NCBI GenBank assembly: GCA_947453415.1
Contig: CANGGG010000001.1
Coordinates: forward strand, 29,504-93,503
Reading direction: 5' to 3'
Length of the DNA: 64,000 nt
DNA from: Bacteroidota bacterium
Lineage (GTDB): Bacteria > Bacteroidota > Bacteroidia > UKL13-3
Made by a program: the position numbers and the translations under genes. Each line of letters starts with the position of its first letter. The first letter of the stretch is position 1. Under the pieces are notes generated by a model. The model saw only the letters and a list, made by a program, of their open reading frames with translations, did no database searches and was not told the origin of the DNA. Positions 48,077-57,034 of the stretch are shown here, one piece after another.

Positions 48077-48137
48077 TAGTCAAAGTTTATTACTAATATT
48101 TAAAACAAAATTGTATCAAATAAAAATAAAATAAAAA

Positions 48138-48581
48138 ATGAAAAAAATAATTCAATTGAGCATCACATTGGCCTTTACAATATTTGTAAATTTTGCAATT
48201 GCACAAAAAAGTCCGGAGGAAAAAACTAAAATTATTATTACTAAATTAAATGAAAAACTAACCTTGAGTAATGAACAACAAGTAAAATTAAATGACATTT
48301 TTTTAACTCATTACAACATGATGAGAGATTTAAAAATGCAGTTTAAAAATGAAGACAAGGAATTAGGTAAAAAAGCTGCTAAAGAGCAATGGAGTAGAAC
48401 TGACCAGCAAGTAATGATTGTTTTAAATGACGTTCAGCGCACAAAATTCAATGAAGCAAAAAAGAAAATGCGAAAAAATATTATGAATCACAAAAATGAT
48501 AATGGTGATTTGAAAAATAAAAAAAATAAAAAACCTGAAGAAGTTGATATTGATGAACCACTAGATGAAGAAGCCTTTTAA
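48138..48581 (+). CDS. Secreted Lys-rich helical protein, Spy/CpxP-like (LTxxQ-type)
   Basis: Signal peptide ...FAIAQ. LTLSNEQQVKLNDIF and LNDVQRTKFNE resemble LTxxQ repeats. Acidic C-terminal tail. Confidence 0.5.
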   Translation: MKKIIQLSITLAFTIFVNFAIAQKSPEEKTKIIITKLNEKLTLSNEQQVKLNDIFLTHYNMMRDLKMQFKNEDKELGKKAAKEQWSRTDQQVMIVLNDVQRTKFNEAKKKMRKNIMNHKNDNGDLKNKKNKKPEEVDIDEPLDEEAF

Positions 48582-49050
48582 ATACTAGTCTATATAATAA
48601 TAAATTTAATACTTGTTTTTCAAATAATGAACTCGGTATTTATCGGGTTCATATCATTTATTATAAATACTCTTTTTTAATTAATAAATACAGCTAATTC
48701 TTATGTTTTTAAATACGTTAAATTTATAAATTTAAGTCTAAAATAAAGAAGTAAATCCAATATAAATTTAAATATAAAAACTACAATAATTACAATCAAT
48801 TTATTTTGAAATATTATTATTCAAAGTAAATTTTTATGAACTAATTAATCATTTTTAGTGATATTAATAGCTGTAAAACATATAAAACACAATAAAATTT
48901 AGTTGTTTTTATCATACAACAATTAAATAAACGCTCTTTCTGTATTTATAACATACTCTTTACTAGTGCATTTTAGTTGAAATTAAAATTTTTAAATAAA
49001 TTAGTGGAAATACTGTCTATATCTAAATTATTTTATATGACTCCAATAAT

Positions 49051-49058
49051 TAGATTTG
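49051..49058 (+). promoter_or_regulatory. Candidate -7 box (TAGATTTG) for the 49084 small gene
   Basis: Matches TAnnTTTG, 25 nt upstream of the ATG. Confidence 0.3.
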
Positions 49059-49083
49059 CTATACAATTAATAGAAAAAAAAAC

Positions 49084-49290
49084 ATGGATACTACAAAAAT
49101 GGTTAAAGCTTATTGCTTAAAAACAAAAGAAAAAAATGTACCAATGCACGAAGCAGTTATTTCTAAAACAGCTAAAGGTGGATACATTGCAAAAGGTAAT
49201 GATGGAAAAGGCAATAAAATGGCTGCTATCATGGGAGAAAAAGCTGCATTACAAGCTATAAAAGACGGAGTTGCTAAACAAGATTTTTAG
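49084..49290 (+). CDS. Small (68 aa) basic Lys/Ala/Gly-rich protein, function unknown
   Basis: Clean ORF with its own -7-like box and a strong downstream terminator. KAYCLKTKEKNVPMHEAVISKTAKGGYIAKG loosely recalls DUF5679-type small proteins, but without their Cys pairs. Confidence 0.55.
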   Translation: MDTTKMVKAYCLKTKEKNVPMHEAVISKTAKGGYIAKGNDGKGNKMAAIMGEKAALQAIKDGVAKQDF

Positions 49291-49314
49291 TTAAACCCAA
49301 CTTTTCAAAATATT

Positions 49315-49349
49315 AAAAGCTGCTTCGCAATAATTGTGAAGCAGCTTTT
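49315..49349. terminator. Bidirectional terminator
   Basis: AAAAGCTGCTTC-(11 nt)-GAAGCAGCTTTT followed by a T-run. Confidence 0.85.
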
Positions 49350-49368
49350 TTTATGTAGTGAATTATTG

Positions 49369-50289
49369 CTATTTTTTTTCTTTTACCTTCAAAAAAACTT
49401 CGGCCATCATGCACCTAGCGCTACCGCCACCATTTGTTTCTATGGTGTACAGTGGTGAATATATTATGGTGCAGAAGTTTTCAATGGATTGAATTTGTAC
49501 TGGTGAAAAAGCTTTAAATGCTTGCTCACTCATTACCAAATATTTTTTATTATCAGTTCCCAAAACCTCCAAAACATTGCCAGCAAATTGGTTCAATTGC
49601 GCTAAACTAATTTCAATAATTTGCTTGTTGGTACTTGCTAAAATTTGCGTTAATTCAACTTTACTGGGAATACATTCTTTACAAATAATGATAAAATCAG
49701 ATGTAACGCTCATTACTACATTGGTGTGGTAAATGGCATTTCCAAAAATATCTTTGGCAATAAAATGAATTAGTTGATAATTAAATATAGTACAAAACTT
49801 TTCCAATAAAATAAAATCAGTTCGGGGTGAAAGACAAGCGTAACATATTTTATTCTCCCTGTCTAACACCATACTTCCAGTTCCTTCCAAAAACTTATTC
49901 TCATTTTCGGAAGCAGTAAAATCTTGAATTTCATTTAATTCAAAGGTATCTCCTAGTTGATCTAAAATATCAAAACGTCTTTCTAATCTGCGGTTTGGAG
50001 CCTGCATGGGGTAAACAGCAATTTCACCGTTTTGGTGAAAACTAATCCAATTATTAGGGAAAATAGAATCGGGTTTATGCGGCTCAATGGTGTCGTTAAT
50101 AACGGTAACATTTACACCAACATATTTTAATTTATTTACCAAAGAATCAAATTCTATTAATGCTAAATTTTGAGTTTCACTATTTGCCTCATCTTGCTTT
50201 TGAAACGAATTGCTGGCAGCAGTTTGAGCATTAAAAGTAAAGGCTACGGGCCTTATCATTAAAATATGATTGGTTGATTGCATGGGCAA
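49369..50289 (-). CDS. Amidinotransferase/guanidino-group-modifying superfamily enzyme (arginine deiminase-related, CtlX-like)
   Basis: N-terminal ILMIRPVAFTFNAQTAASNSFQ and C-terminal catalytic-Cys context GGGSARCMMAEVF. Confidence 0.7.
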   Translation of the reverse strand: MPMQSTNHILMIRPVAFTFNAQTAASNSFQKQDEANSETQNLALIEFDSLVNKLKYVGVNVTVINDTIEPHKPDSIFPNNWISFHQNGEIAVYPMQAPNRRLERRFDILDQLGDTFELNEIQDFTASENENKFLEGTGSMVLDRENKICYACLSPRTDFILLEKFCTIFNYQLIHFIAKDIFGNAIYHTNVVMSVTSDFIIICKECIPSKVELTQILASTNKQIIEISLAQLNQFAGNVLEVLGTDNKKYLVMSEQAFKAFSPVQIQSIENFCTIIYSPLYTIETNGGGSARCMMAEVFLKVKEKK

Positions 50290-50376
50290 AACTATGAATT
50301 TTATTTTATTACAATTAAGCTATTTTTTATAAAATGTATTTAAGTATTTTGCATCACCTAAATTTTCAATCAATTA

Positions 50377-51822
50377 ATGACCATTTTTAAATATATAATT
50401 CTTTTTTATTTGCTCAGCTTTTCGGTAAATATACAAGCTCAAAAACAAGCTGATACCATTTATAATGTGGAAGATATGAAAGAAGATTTCAAGTATTTAC
50501 ACAAACATTTATTACTTAACCATCCTGGAATATATAAATATACAAACAAGGAAAACTGGGAAAATATTTACCAAAATACTTTAAAAAAAATAAATGTTCC
50601 CCTACAAAATGTAAAATACAGATTGATACTTCGCGAGTACTTAGCCAATATAAAATGTGGACATACGCAAGTGATTCCAAGTGCCAAATCGCTTAAAATA
50701 TTTAATAAACGAAAACACTTTTCAGTTCCATTCAAAGTAGCATTTTTAAATAATAAATTGATTGTTACTGAAAACGAATCGAACGACAGTAACTTGGTAA
50801 AAGGCACGGAAATAAAATCGATTAACGGCAACATTGCCTCAGCAATTATTGACAGCATTCATTTAATTCAAAATGCCGATGCGGGCTTAATTAGTATGAA
50901 GAGTTTTTATGGTGCTTCGCAATTCCAAACCTATTATATGGCCTTTTTTGGCGAAGATTCTATTTATCATTTAAAAACAATAACGGTAAATGGCGATACT
51001 CAAACATTTAATGTTAAAACAAAAGTAGCTTTAAAAAACAAAGTGAAATCGCCTAAAATTAAGCATGAATTGTTTAACCAAAAACTGGCCAATTTTCGCA
51101 TTTGTAAAGGAGACACACAAACGGCTGTTTTAAAAATAAAAGGTTTTCAATTACAAAAAGCTTCCAAACTTTATAACATGGTTTTTGAACAAATAGCTGA
51201 GCAACAAATTAAATATTTGATTATAGATTTGCGTGGAAATGGTGGTGGTAGTATTATGCAAGCATCGGAACTAATAAGTTATATCAGTAAAGATACTTTT
51301 AGTTATGGCTTTGCTAGAGGCAAACAAGGTTTAACTTATAACAGTCCGTTTACACAAAAAGCCATGTATTATGTGTCAAGAGAAATGTTAGATTTATTCG
51401 GAAATAGAAAAACGTATAACAACAGTTATAATTATACTTTTGGTTACGATAAAAAATCATTGAAGAAAGAAAAACATTTTAATGGAGCTATATTTTGTAT
51501 CATTGACAACGGCTCGTTTAGTGCTGCTAGTTTTGTGGCAGCTTATGCCAAACATAAAGCAAAAGCAGTGTTAGTGGGACAAGAAACTGCAGGAACAGAA
51601 TCGGGGTGTTATGCCGTAAATACTCCACTTATGGAACTTCCATATACCAAAAACTTTGTGCGAATTCCGCAATATCAGTTTAAACATATTTTACCTGTAG
51701 AGGATAAAAACCGAGGAGTTATTCCCGACATTGAAACTGTTATTAACTCCCAAACAATTATTTCGGGAAAAGATGTAGAAATGGATTTAATTTGGAAGTT
51801 GATTATAGAAAATCAAAAGTGA
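50377..51822 (+). CDS. S41-family (tail-specific/C-terminal processing-like) peptidase
   Basis: Signal peptide, LIIDLRGNGGGS motif, downstream GSFSAASF serine region. Confidence 0.75.
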   Translation: MTIFKYIILFYLLSFSVNIQAQKQADTIYNVEDMKEDFKYLHKHLLLNHPGIYKYTNKENWENIYQNTLKKINVPLQNVKYRLILREYLANIKCGHTQVIPSAKSLKIFNKRKHFSVPFKVAFLNNKLIVTENESNDSNLVKGTEIKSINGNIASAIIDSIHLIQNADAGLISMKSFYGASQFQTYYMAFFGEDSIYHLKTITVNGDTQTFNVKTKVALKNKVKSPKIKHELFNQKLANFRICKGDTQTAVLKIKGFQLQKASKLYNMVFEQIAEQQIKYLIIDLRGNGGGSIMQASELISYISKDTFSYGFARGKQGLTYNSPFTQKAMYYVSREMLDLFGNRKTYNNSYNYTFGYDKKSLKKEKHFNGAIFCIIDNGSFSAASFVAAYAKHKAKAVLVGQETAGTESGCYAVNTPLMELPYTKNFVRIPQYQFKHILPVEDKNRGVIPDIETVINSQTIISGKDVEMDLIWKLIIENQK

Positions 51823-51870
51823 AAATAAAATAATAAAATAACCTATTACAAGTATTAAATAGATAAAACA

Positions 51871-52275
51871 ATGAAATATTGGCTAGTGAAATCAGAACCT
51901 TTTAAATACAGTTGGGATCAATTTGTATTAGATAAAAAAACGTTTTGGGATGGTGTGCGTAATTATCAAGCAAGGAACAATTTGCGTGAAATGCAAAAAG
52001 GAGATTTAGTACTTTGGTACCATAGCAATGAAGGCAAGGAAATAGTAGGAATAGCCAAGGTAGTTAAAGAACATTATCAGGATCCAACTACGGAAGATAA
52101 AAATTGGGTGGTGGTAGATTTGGCGCCATTTAAAAAACTAAAACATCCAGTAACTTTAGAACAAATAAAAGCCGATGAGAACCTTCAAAACATAGGATTG
52201 GTAAGGCAAGGAAGACTTTCGGTTATGAGCATAAAACAAGAAGAATTTGATTATATTTTATTACTAGCGAAATAA
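51871..52275 (+). CDS. EVE (PUA-like) domain protein
   Basis: MKYWLVKSEPFKYSWDQF...WDGVRNYQARNNLREMQKGDLVLWYHS is the canonical EVE/DUF55 N-terminus. Confidence 0.85.
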   Translation: MKYWLVKSEPFKYSWDQFVLDKKTFWDGVRNYQARNNLREMQKGDLVLWYHSNEGKEIVGIAKVVKEHYQDPTTEDKNWVVVDLAPFKKLKHPVTLEQIKADENLQNIGLVRQGRLSVMSIKQEEFDYILLLAK

Positions 52276-52281
52276 ATAAAA

Positions 52282-54153
52282 ATGAAAAAAAATACAGCAA
52301 TTTTGATAGGCTTTATTGCATTTCAAATCAATATAAAAGCACAATCGAGTTACAAGAGTTTTACTACTAAAACTCCTTTGGCGGCAGTAATTAATATGAG
52401 CGATAAGGATGAAGATTTTGATCCAAAACTGATGCTCTTAAAAGCCGCAAATCCATTGCCTGCAACCACCTATAATTTGAACAAGCAAATGCTAGATGCC
52501 AAGCATTTTGAAAGCATACAAAATTATAATGGGAAATCGTTAAACACATTGAATAAAACTGCTGTTCCTCAACCGGTGCAATTAAAAGGATTTAAAGCAA
52601 ATATTACACAAGGAACACCAAACGATAACGATATTGCGGTTAGCAACGCAGGCATTATTTGCAGTGTGGTAAACACCAATATGAATATATTAAACGATAC
52701 CGGAAAAGTACTTTCATCGCGCACTTTATCGTCTATAGCCAAAGGCATCACCAACTTAAACAGAACTTATGACCCAAGAATTATTTACGACCCTGAGGCC
52801 GACAGGTTTATACTGGTATTTATGCAAGGAAGTACTAGTAAAGATACTAGAATAATTGTAGGATTCAGCCAAACCAACGACCCTGCTTTGAACTGGAATT
52901 TTTATACCATTCGTGGTAATTTGTTTGGCGATAGCAGCTGGAGCGATTATCCAATTATTTCTATTTCGAATCACGAATTGTTTTTAACTGTAAATAGGCT
53001 TAAAGACAATACTTATTGGAAGAATGGTTTTATAGAAAGTTTTATTTGGCAAATGGATAAAGACAATGGCTATAAAGGCGACACGCTGAACCAAAAAGTA
53101 TATTACGATATTAAGTATAATAACAAACCTATTTGGAGCATTTGTCCGGCTAAAGGAGGTAGTAAATTATACGGGCCAGCCATGCAGTTTTTTTCTGTTA
53201 GACCCGACCAACTATGGAACGATACTGTGTTTGTGCATGAAATAACCAATACCCTCAATTCGGGGAAAGCGGAATTAAAGTTAAGGGTAGCAAAAGCCGA
53301 TAATCATTATGGCTTGCAGCCAAATGCTTTTCAGCCAAATGGCAAAAAACTACAAACCAACGATGCGCGTGTGTTAAGTGCCATGTACGAAAATGGTATT
53401 TTTTATATGGTAGGAAATTCAGTAGATGCCAGGTATAATGCTGCAGGATTTTACTTAATTACCATCAACAATTATTGGAGCAATGATTCATTAAATGCCA
53501 AATTGCAAATCATTAGTTCCGATACCATGGATTATGGTTATCCGAGTATTGCATATTGTGGTGAAGGCTTGGGCGATAACAGTGCAATGATTACTTGCAG
53601 CCATGTTTCGCCACGAACTTTTCCGGGCAATAGTTTAGTATATGTAGACAGGAATTTAAATCCTTCAACTCCCGCAATAATGAAATTAGGTGAAAGTAAT
53701 ATTTTGTTAATTGGAGATACCTTAGAACGTTGGGGCGATTACAGCGGAATTCAGCGCAAGTATAACGACTTAGGCAAAGTATTTTATAATAGAAGTTTTG
53801 GTTATAATAACGATAACAGAACGTGGATAGGTATTAGCAAAAATACAGATGCCAAATTGGGCAATGAAGACATAAACAGATTGAAGAATCAACAATTAAG
53901 CGATGTAAGTGTTTACCCTATTCCAGCTAAAGAATATGTGAATATTGACTTTACCAATGAAGAGAAAAAAGTATTGAATTTTATATTGATAGACATGCAA
54001 GGTAAAGAAACATTATTGCTCACAGAAAGAGCCAAAGCTGGCTTGAACCGATTTGTGTTCAATGCACTAAACCTTAACAATGGCTACTACCAACTAGTCA
54101 TTAAAGATGGTGAAACGTTGTTGCATAGCAAGAAGATAATGGTTGCTCATTAG
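52282..54153 (+). CDS. Secreted hypothetical protein with a T9SS C-terminal sorting domain
   Basis: Signal peptide ...INIKAQ and C-terminal VSVYPIPAKEYVNIDF...GYYQLVI...KKIMVAH. No catalytic motif recognised. Confidence 0.7.
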   Translation: MKKNTAILIGFIAFQINIKAQSSYKSFTTKTPLAAVINMSDKDEDFDPKLMLLKAANPLPATTYNLNKQMLDAKHFESIQNYNGKSLNTLNKTAVPQPVQLKGFKANITQGTPNDNDIAVSNAGIICSVVNTNMNILNDTGKVLSSRTLSSIAKGITNLNRTYDPRIIYDPEADRFILVFMQGSTSKDTRIIVGFSQTNDPALNWNFYTIRGNLFGDSSWSDYPIISISNHELFLTVNRLKDNTYWKNGFIESFIWQMDKDNGYKGDTLNQKVYYDIKYNNKPIWSICPAKGGSKLYGPAMQFFSVRPDQLWNDTVFVHEITNTLNSGKAELKLRVAKADNHYGLQPNAFQPNGKKLQTNDARVLSAMYENGIFYMVGNSVDARYNAAGFYLITINNYWSNDSLNAKLQIISSDTMDYGYPSIAYCGEGLGDNSAMITCSHVSPRTFPGNSLVYVDRNLNPSTPAIMKLGESNILLIGDTLERWGDYSGIQRKYNDLGKVFYNRSFGYNNDNRTWIGISKNTDAKLGNEDINRLKNQQLSDVSVYPIPAKEYVNIDFTNEEKKVLNFILIDMQGKETLLLTERAKAGLNRFVFNALNLNNGYYQLVIKDGETLLHSKKIMVAH

Positions 54154-54366
54154 GAATAAAGTGCGGAGTTCGGAATGACAAAAATGCGGAGTAAATACAC
54201 TACAAAAGTAAAGTATTATTTAAATTATTAGGACAAACGCACATAGAAAAGCACTATTACTGTTGCTAGTTTTGACTATTGTTGGTGTGCTTATCAAATT
54301 AATAAATCTATTTATTGAATTCTCTTGTAAAGATATTAAATTATAATTTTTGAGAAACTATAAAAA

Positions 54367-54654
54367 TCATTCAATTTTTATATAAGCTTTAATTGAATCA
54401 ACATATTTTTCGAAGGCTTTTAAGCCTTTGGGTGTGATTTTGCAAATAGTTACTGGGTACTTGCCTTTAAATCCTTTTTTTACTTTAATGTAACTAGCTG
54501 CACTTAACTTATCTATTTGAAGGCTCAAATTTCCTGCACTAGCTTTTGTTTTATCTTTTAAATAAACAAATTCCGCTTCATCTAATCCAACTAATAAGGA
54601 TATAATTGCTAATCTTATTTGAGAATGTAATAATGGGTCTAATTCGTTAAACAT
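54367..54654 (-). CDS. Small winged-helix transcriptional regulator (HTH_34/ArsR-MarR-like)
   Basis: LHSQIRLAIISLLVGLDEAEFVYLKDKTKASAGNLSLQIDKLSAASYIKV. Overlaps the upstream membrane-protein gene by 8 nt. Confidence 0.7.
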   Translation of the reverse strand: MFNELDPLLHSQIRLAIISLLVGLDEAEFVYLKDKTKASAGNLSLQIDKLSAASYIKVKKGFKGKYPVTICKITPKGLKAFEKYVDSIKAYIKIE

Positions 54655-55228
54655 TGCTTTTTTTCATTGTGATTCCAGGAATTATACATGCAAAAATACA
54701 TGATAATGCAGCCATTAAGTATTGAATTTCAATAATTGACAAAATGCTTACTACTGAAAGTAACATGCTAATTATGCCACCAATTATTGAAGGCTTGTGT
54801 TTAGAAATTCCACCAACAATATAAACAGTTGAACCGATAATCAAAGGAAAAAACATTATTGAAATTGAAGATGACAAAAAAGTGGATGCAAATGATAGTA
54901 TACCGTAAATAAAAGCAAAACCAGTGAATGCAAATAAATAGACTATTTCAAGATGAGGAACATAGGTTTCTTTTTTTTTATCTTTACTTTTATTTAAGTA
55001 TGATAAAAGGCCTCCAATTGGAAATATTAACCATATAAAAGTGTCAATAATAGTTCCTTTCAAAATAGGTTTTATAATTATCAAATAATGCAAAGTATAA
55101 TTGATTAATAAAATCAATCCCCATACTATATAGTAAAATGATGCACCCGTTTTTGATTTTTTTGCTTCATTGATTGCAGCTTCTATTGTTCTCAATGAGT
55201 TTTCAGCGATAAATGAATTTTTGTCCAT
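54647..55228 (-). CDS. Polytopic membrane protein co-transcribed with the wHTH regulator
   Basis: 193 aa and ~5 TM segments. Function unknown. Confidence 0.6.
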   Translation of the reverse strand: MDKNSFIAENSLRTIEAAINEAKKSKTGASFYYIVWGLILLINYTLHYLIIIKPILKGTIIDTFIWLIFPIGGLLSYLNKSKDKKKETYVPHLEIVYLFAFTGFAFIYGILSFASTFLSSSISIMFFPLIIGSTVYIVGGISKHKPSIIGGIISMLLSVVSILSIIEIQYLMAALSCIFACIIPGITMKKSNV

Positions 55229-55469
55229 ATCAAATTTTTATTAGAATACAAATATAAACTAGTTACAATAATTAACCAAATATTATTTTTGAATAATATT
55301 ATAAGTATTAATCCAGGTTTATAAACATTGTAGAATTTTTATAAAAAAAATAAAAGCAATCATCTGATGCTATTAAAACCAAACAAATAAGAATGATAGT
55401 AGCGAAACAACATATATTAAAGCTTTTTGGATAGGTTAAGAATTAGCTTATTAACACTTGTTTTTTGTC

Positions 55470-55497
55470 CGGAGTTGGTGTCCTCACCAACCGTTTT
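55470..55497 (+). terminator. Orphan terminator-like hairpin, plus-strand polarity
   Basis: GTTGGTG-TCCT-CACCAAC stem followed by a TTTT run (55494-55497). No plus-strand ORF lies upstream. Confidence 0.35.
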
Positions 55498-55515
55498 CAA
55501 GTAATTGTGGAAGTC

Positions 55516-55667
55516 ACTAGTATTCATAGTCTTTTGAAGTGGCCTTTGGGAGGATGACTACGGCTTTAAAATGAAAGAATAGTTTATAAACTCGTTTTTA
55601 CTAAACCGTGCAGAGAACTACATTTCATTTAGAATCAATAGTGCGCTGCGCTATCTCTATGGTTAGT
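55516..55667 (-). ncRNA. Element B: diverged inverted copy of element A (candidate sRNA, or MITE-like element)
   Basis: The reverse complement reads ACTAACCATAGAGATAGCGCAGCGCACTATTGATTCTAAATGAAATGTAG...CGAGTTTATAAACT...TTTCATTTTAAAGCCGTAG...GACTATGAATACTAGT. It is collinear with 23927-24088. No promoter-like box lies upstream of it. Confidence 0.35.
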
Positions 55668-55680
55668 TGTAATTTGTAAA

Positions 55681-55700
55681 GACGTTTAATTAAACGTCTC
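55681..55700 (-). terminator. Perfect 10-bp palindrome after the pirin stop
   Basis: AGACGTTTAA|TTAAACGTCT, 23 nt after the stop at 55723. The T-run is weak. Confidence 0.45.
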
Positions 55701-55722
55701 TACGCAATTCACAAAAACCCTC

Positions 55723-56868
55723 CTACCCTTTTTCTTCCAACCTGCCATCGGCATGTTTGGCAAAACGGCTTTTGTTAAGGTCGTGAACTTGGTCGTATTT
55801 GGGCCACGGCCAACCGCCAAATTTTGTTTGGTGGTAATCCTCAAAAGCTTGGTTAATTTCTTCTTTGGTATTCATTACAAATGGACCGTATTGCATTACT
55901 TGTTCGCCAATTGGTTTGCCTTGCAATACCAAAATACTTACTTCTTGCTCTCCAGCTTTTAAAGTAATATTGTATTGCGGTAAAACCGCCACTGCATTAT
56001 AAGAATTTACCATTACATCTCCAATAGTTACAGTTATTCCTTCATAAAAATAAAGAGTTCTATTAATTCCATCACTTGCCTTTGGCAATACAAATTCAGC
56101 ACCAGCTTCCATTTTTATATTCCAAACAGCTACTTCATTTTTTTCGTCTGCAGCCCACGAATCGGGCGGAGGATTTTGCGCATGAAATTTATTTATTTTA
56201 CCCGCAATTACCTCCACTTTGGTGGTTTTATGATTCGCATCTTTGTGAATATAATTGGGAATAGATTCGCGCCAAAGCATTTTAAAATGTGGTGATACCA
56301 TTTTGTTTTTTTTTGGTAAATTCAACCAGATTTGAAACAATTCCAAAGGATTTTCAGCATCTTGATGTATTAAAGGAAACATTTCGGAATGTTGCACGCC
56401 TTTACCAGCGGTCATCCATTGCACATCGCCATCGCCATATCGGCCCGCAGCCCCTAGCGAATCAGCATGGTCAACCAAACCTTTTCTAACCACAGTAATG
56501 GTTTCAAATCCTCGGTGCGGATGACCAGGAAAACCAGGAACAGTTTGCCCATGATACATTCTAAAGCCATCTTTGATGATGAAATCATCGCCCATATGGC
56601 GGCCTTTAAAATTACTATTATCGGGACCCATCAATTCATTTCCCTTTGGGAATTTATCTTCGTGGTGAACGCAAAACAAAAAAGGATCTGCGGTTTCCCA
56701 TTGAAAACCCAAAGGTTTTATGCCTAAAACAGGATTTATATTGTTATTCATATTTTGAAATGATTGTTTAAATGAATGTGAAAAACTATGAAAAGGTGCA
56801 ACCAATGCAGCCGAAAATGCCAATGATACTTTGGTGATAAAACTTCTTCTTTCCGATTTTTTACTCAT
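55723..56868 (-). CDS. Pirin-family bicupin with a twin-arginine (Tat) signal peptide
   Basis: N-terminal SERRSFITKVSLAFSAALVAP (RRxFI Tat motif) and the pirin metal site GFPGHPHRGFETITVV. Confidence 0.85.
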   Translation of the reverse strand: MSKKSERRSFITKVSLAFSAALVAPFHSFSHSFKQSFQNMNNNINPVLGIKPLGFQWETADPFLFCVHHEDKFPKGNELMGPDNSNFKGRHMGDDFIIKDGFRMYHGQTVPGFPGHPHRGFETITVVRKGLVDHADSLGAAGRYGDGDVQWMTAGKGVQHSEMFPLIHQDAENPLELFQIWLNLPKKNKMVSPHFKMLWRESIPNYIHKDANHKTTKVEVIAGKINKFHAQNPPPDSWAADEKNEVAVWNIKMEAGAEFVLPKASDGINRTLYFYEGITVTIGDVMVNSYNAVAVLPQYNITLKAGEQEVSILVLQGKPIGEQVMQYGPFVMNTKEEINQAFEDYHQTKFGGWPWPKYDQVHDLNKSRFAKHADGRLEEKG

Positions 56869-57034
56869 AAAATACTTAACTAATTAATTTTTGTTTTGTT
56901 TAAGAAAACAATGATAAGCATTTTATAAAATTAATCAAACACACTGGAAACGGTTGGTTACAATTATTTATTTAATACTAAAAAAACAAAAGTTAAATGA
57001 TATTTTAGCGGCCACAATTAAGCAATCAATATTT

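Noticed and set aside
56954-57034. N-terminal extensions in the ORF track: the TBDR at 56954, the deacetylase at 22048, paralog 3 at 5219, the MFS transporter at 29933 and lhgO at 28729.
   Set aside because: Internal ATGs give canonical signal peptides or N-termini (MKNKIFTF..., MKKISLF..., MKSAIYLF...) and remove overlaps with repeats or neighbouring genes. The extensions are most likely artefacts of longest-ORF calling.
56869-57034. Cobalamin or other riboswitch ahead of the TonB-dependent receptor.
   Set aside because: The spacer is only ~165 nt and AT-rich, and it lacks GC-rich conserved cores such as a B12 box.
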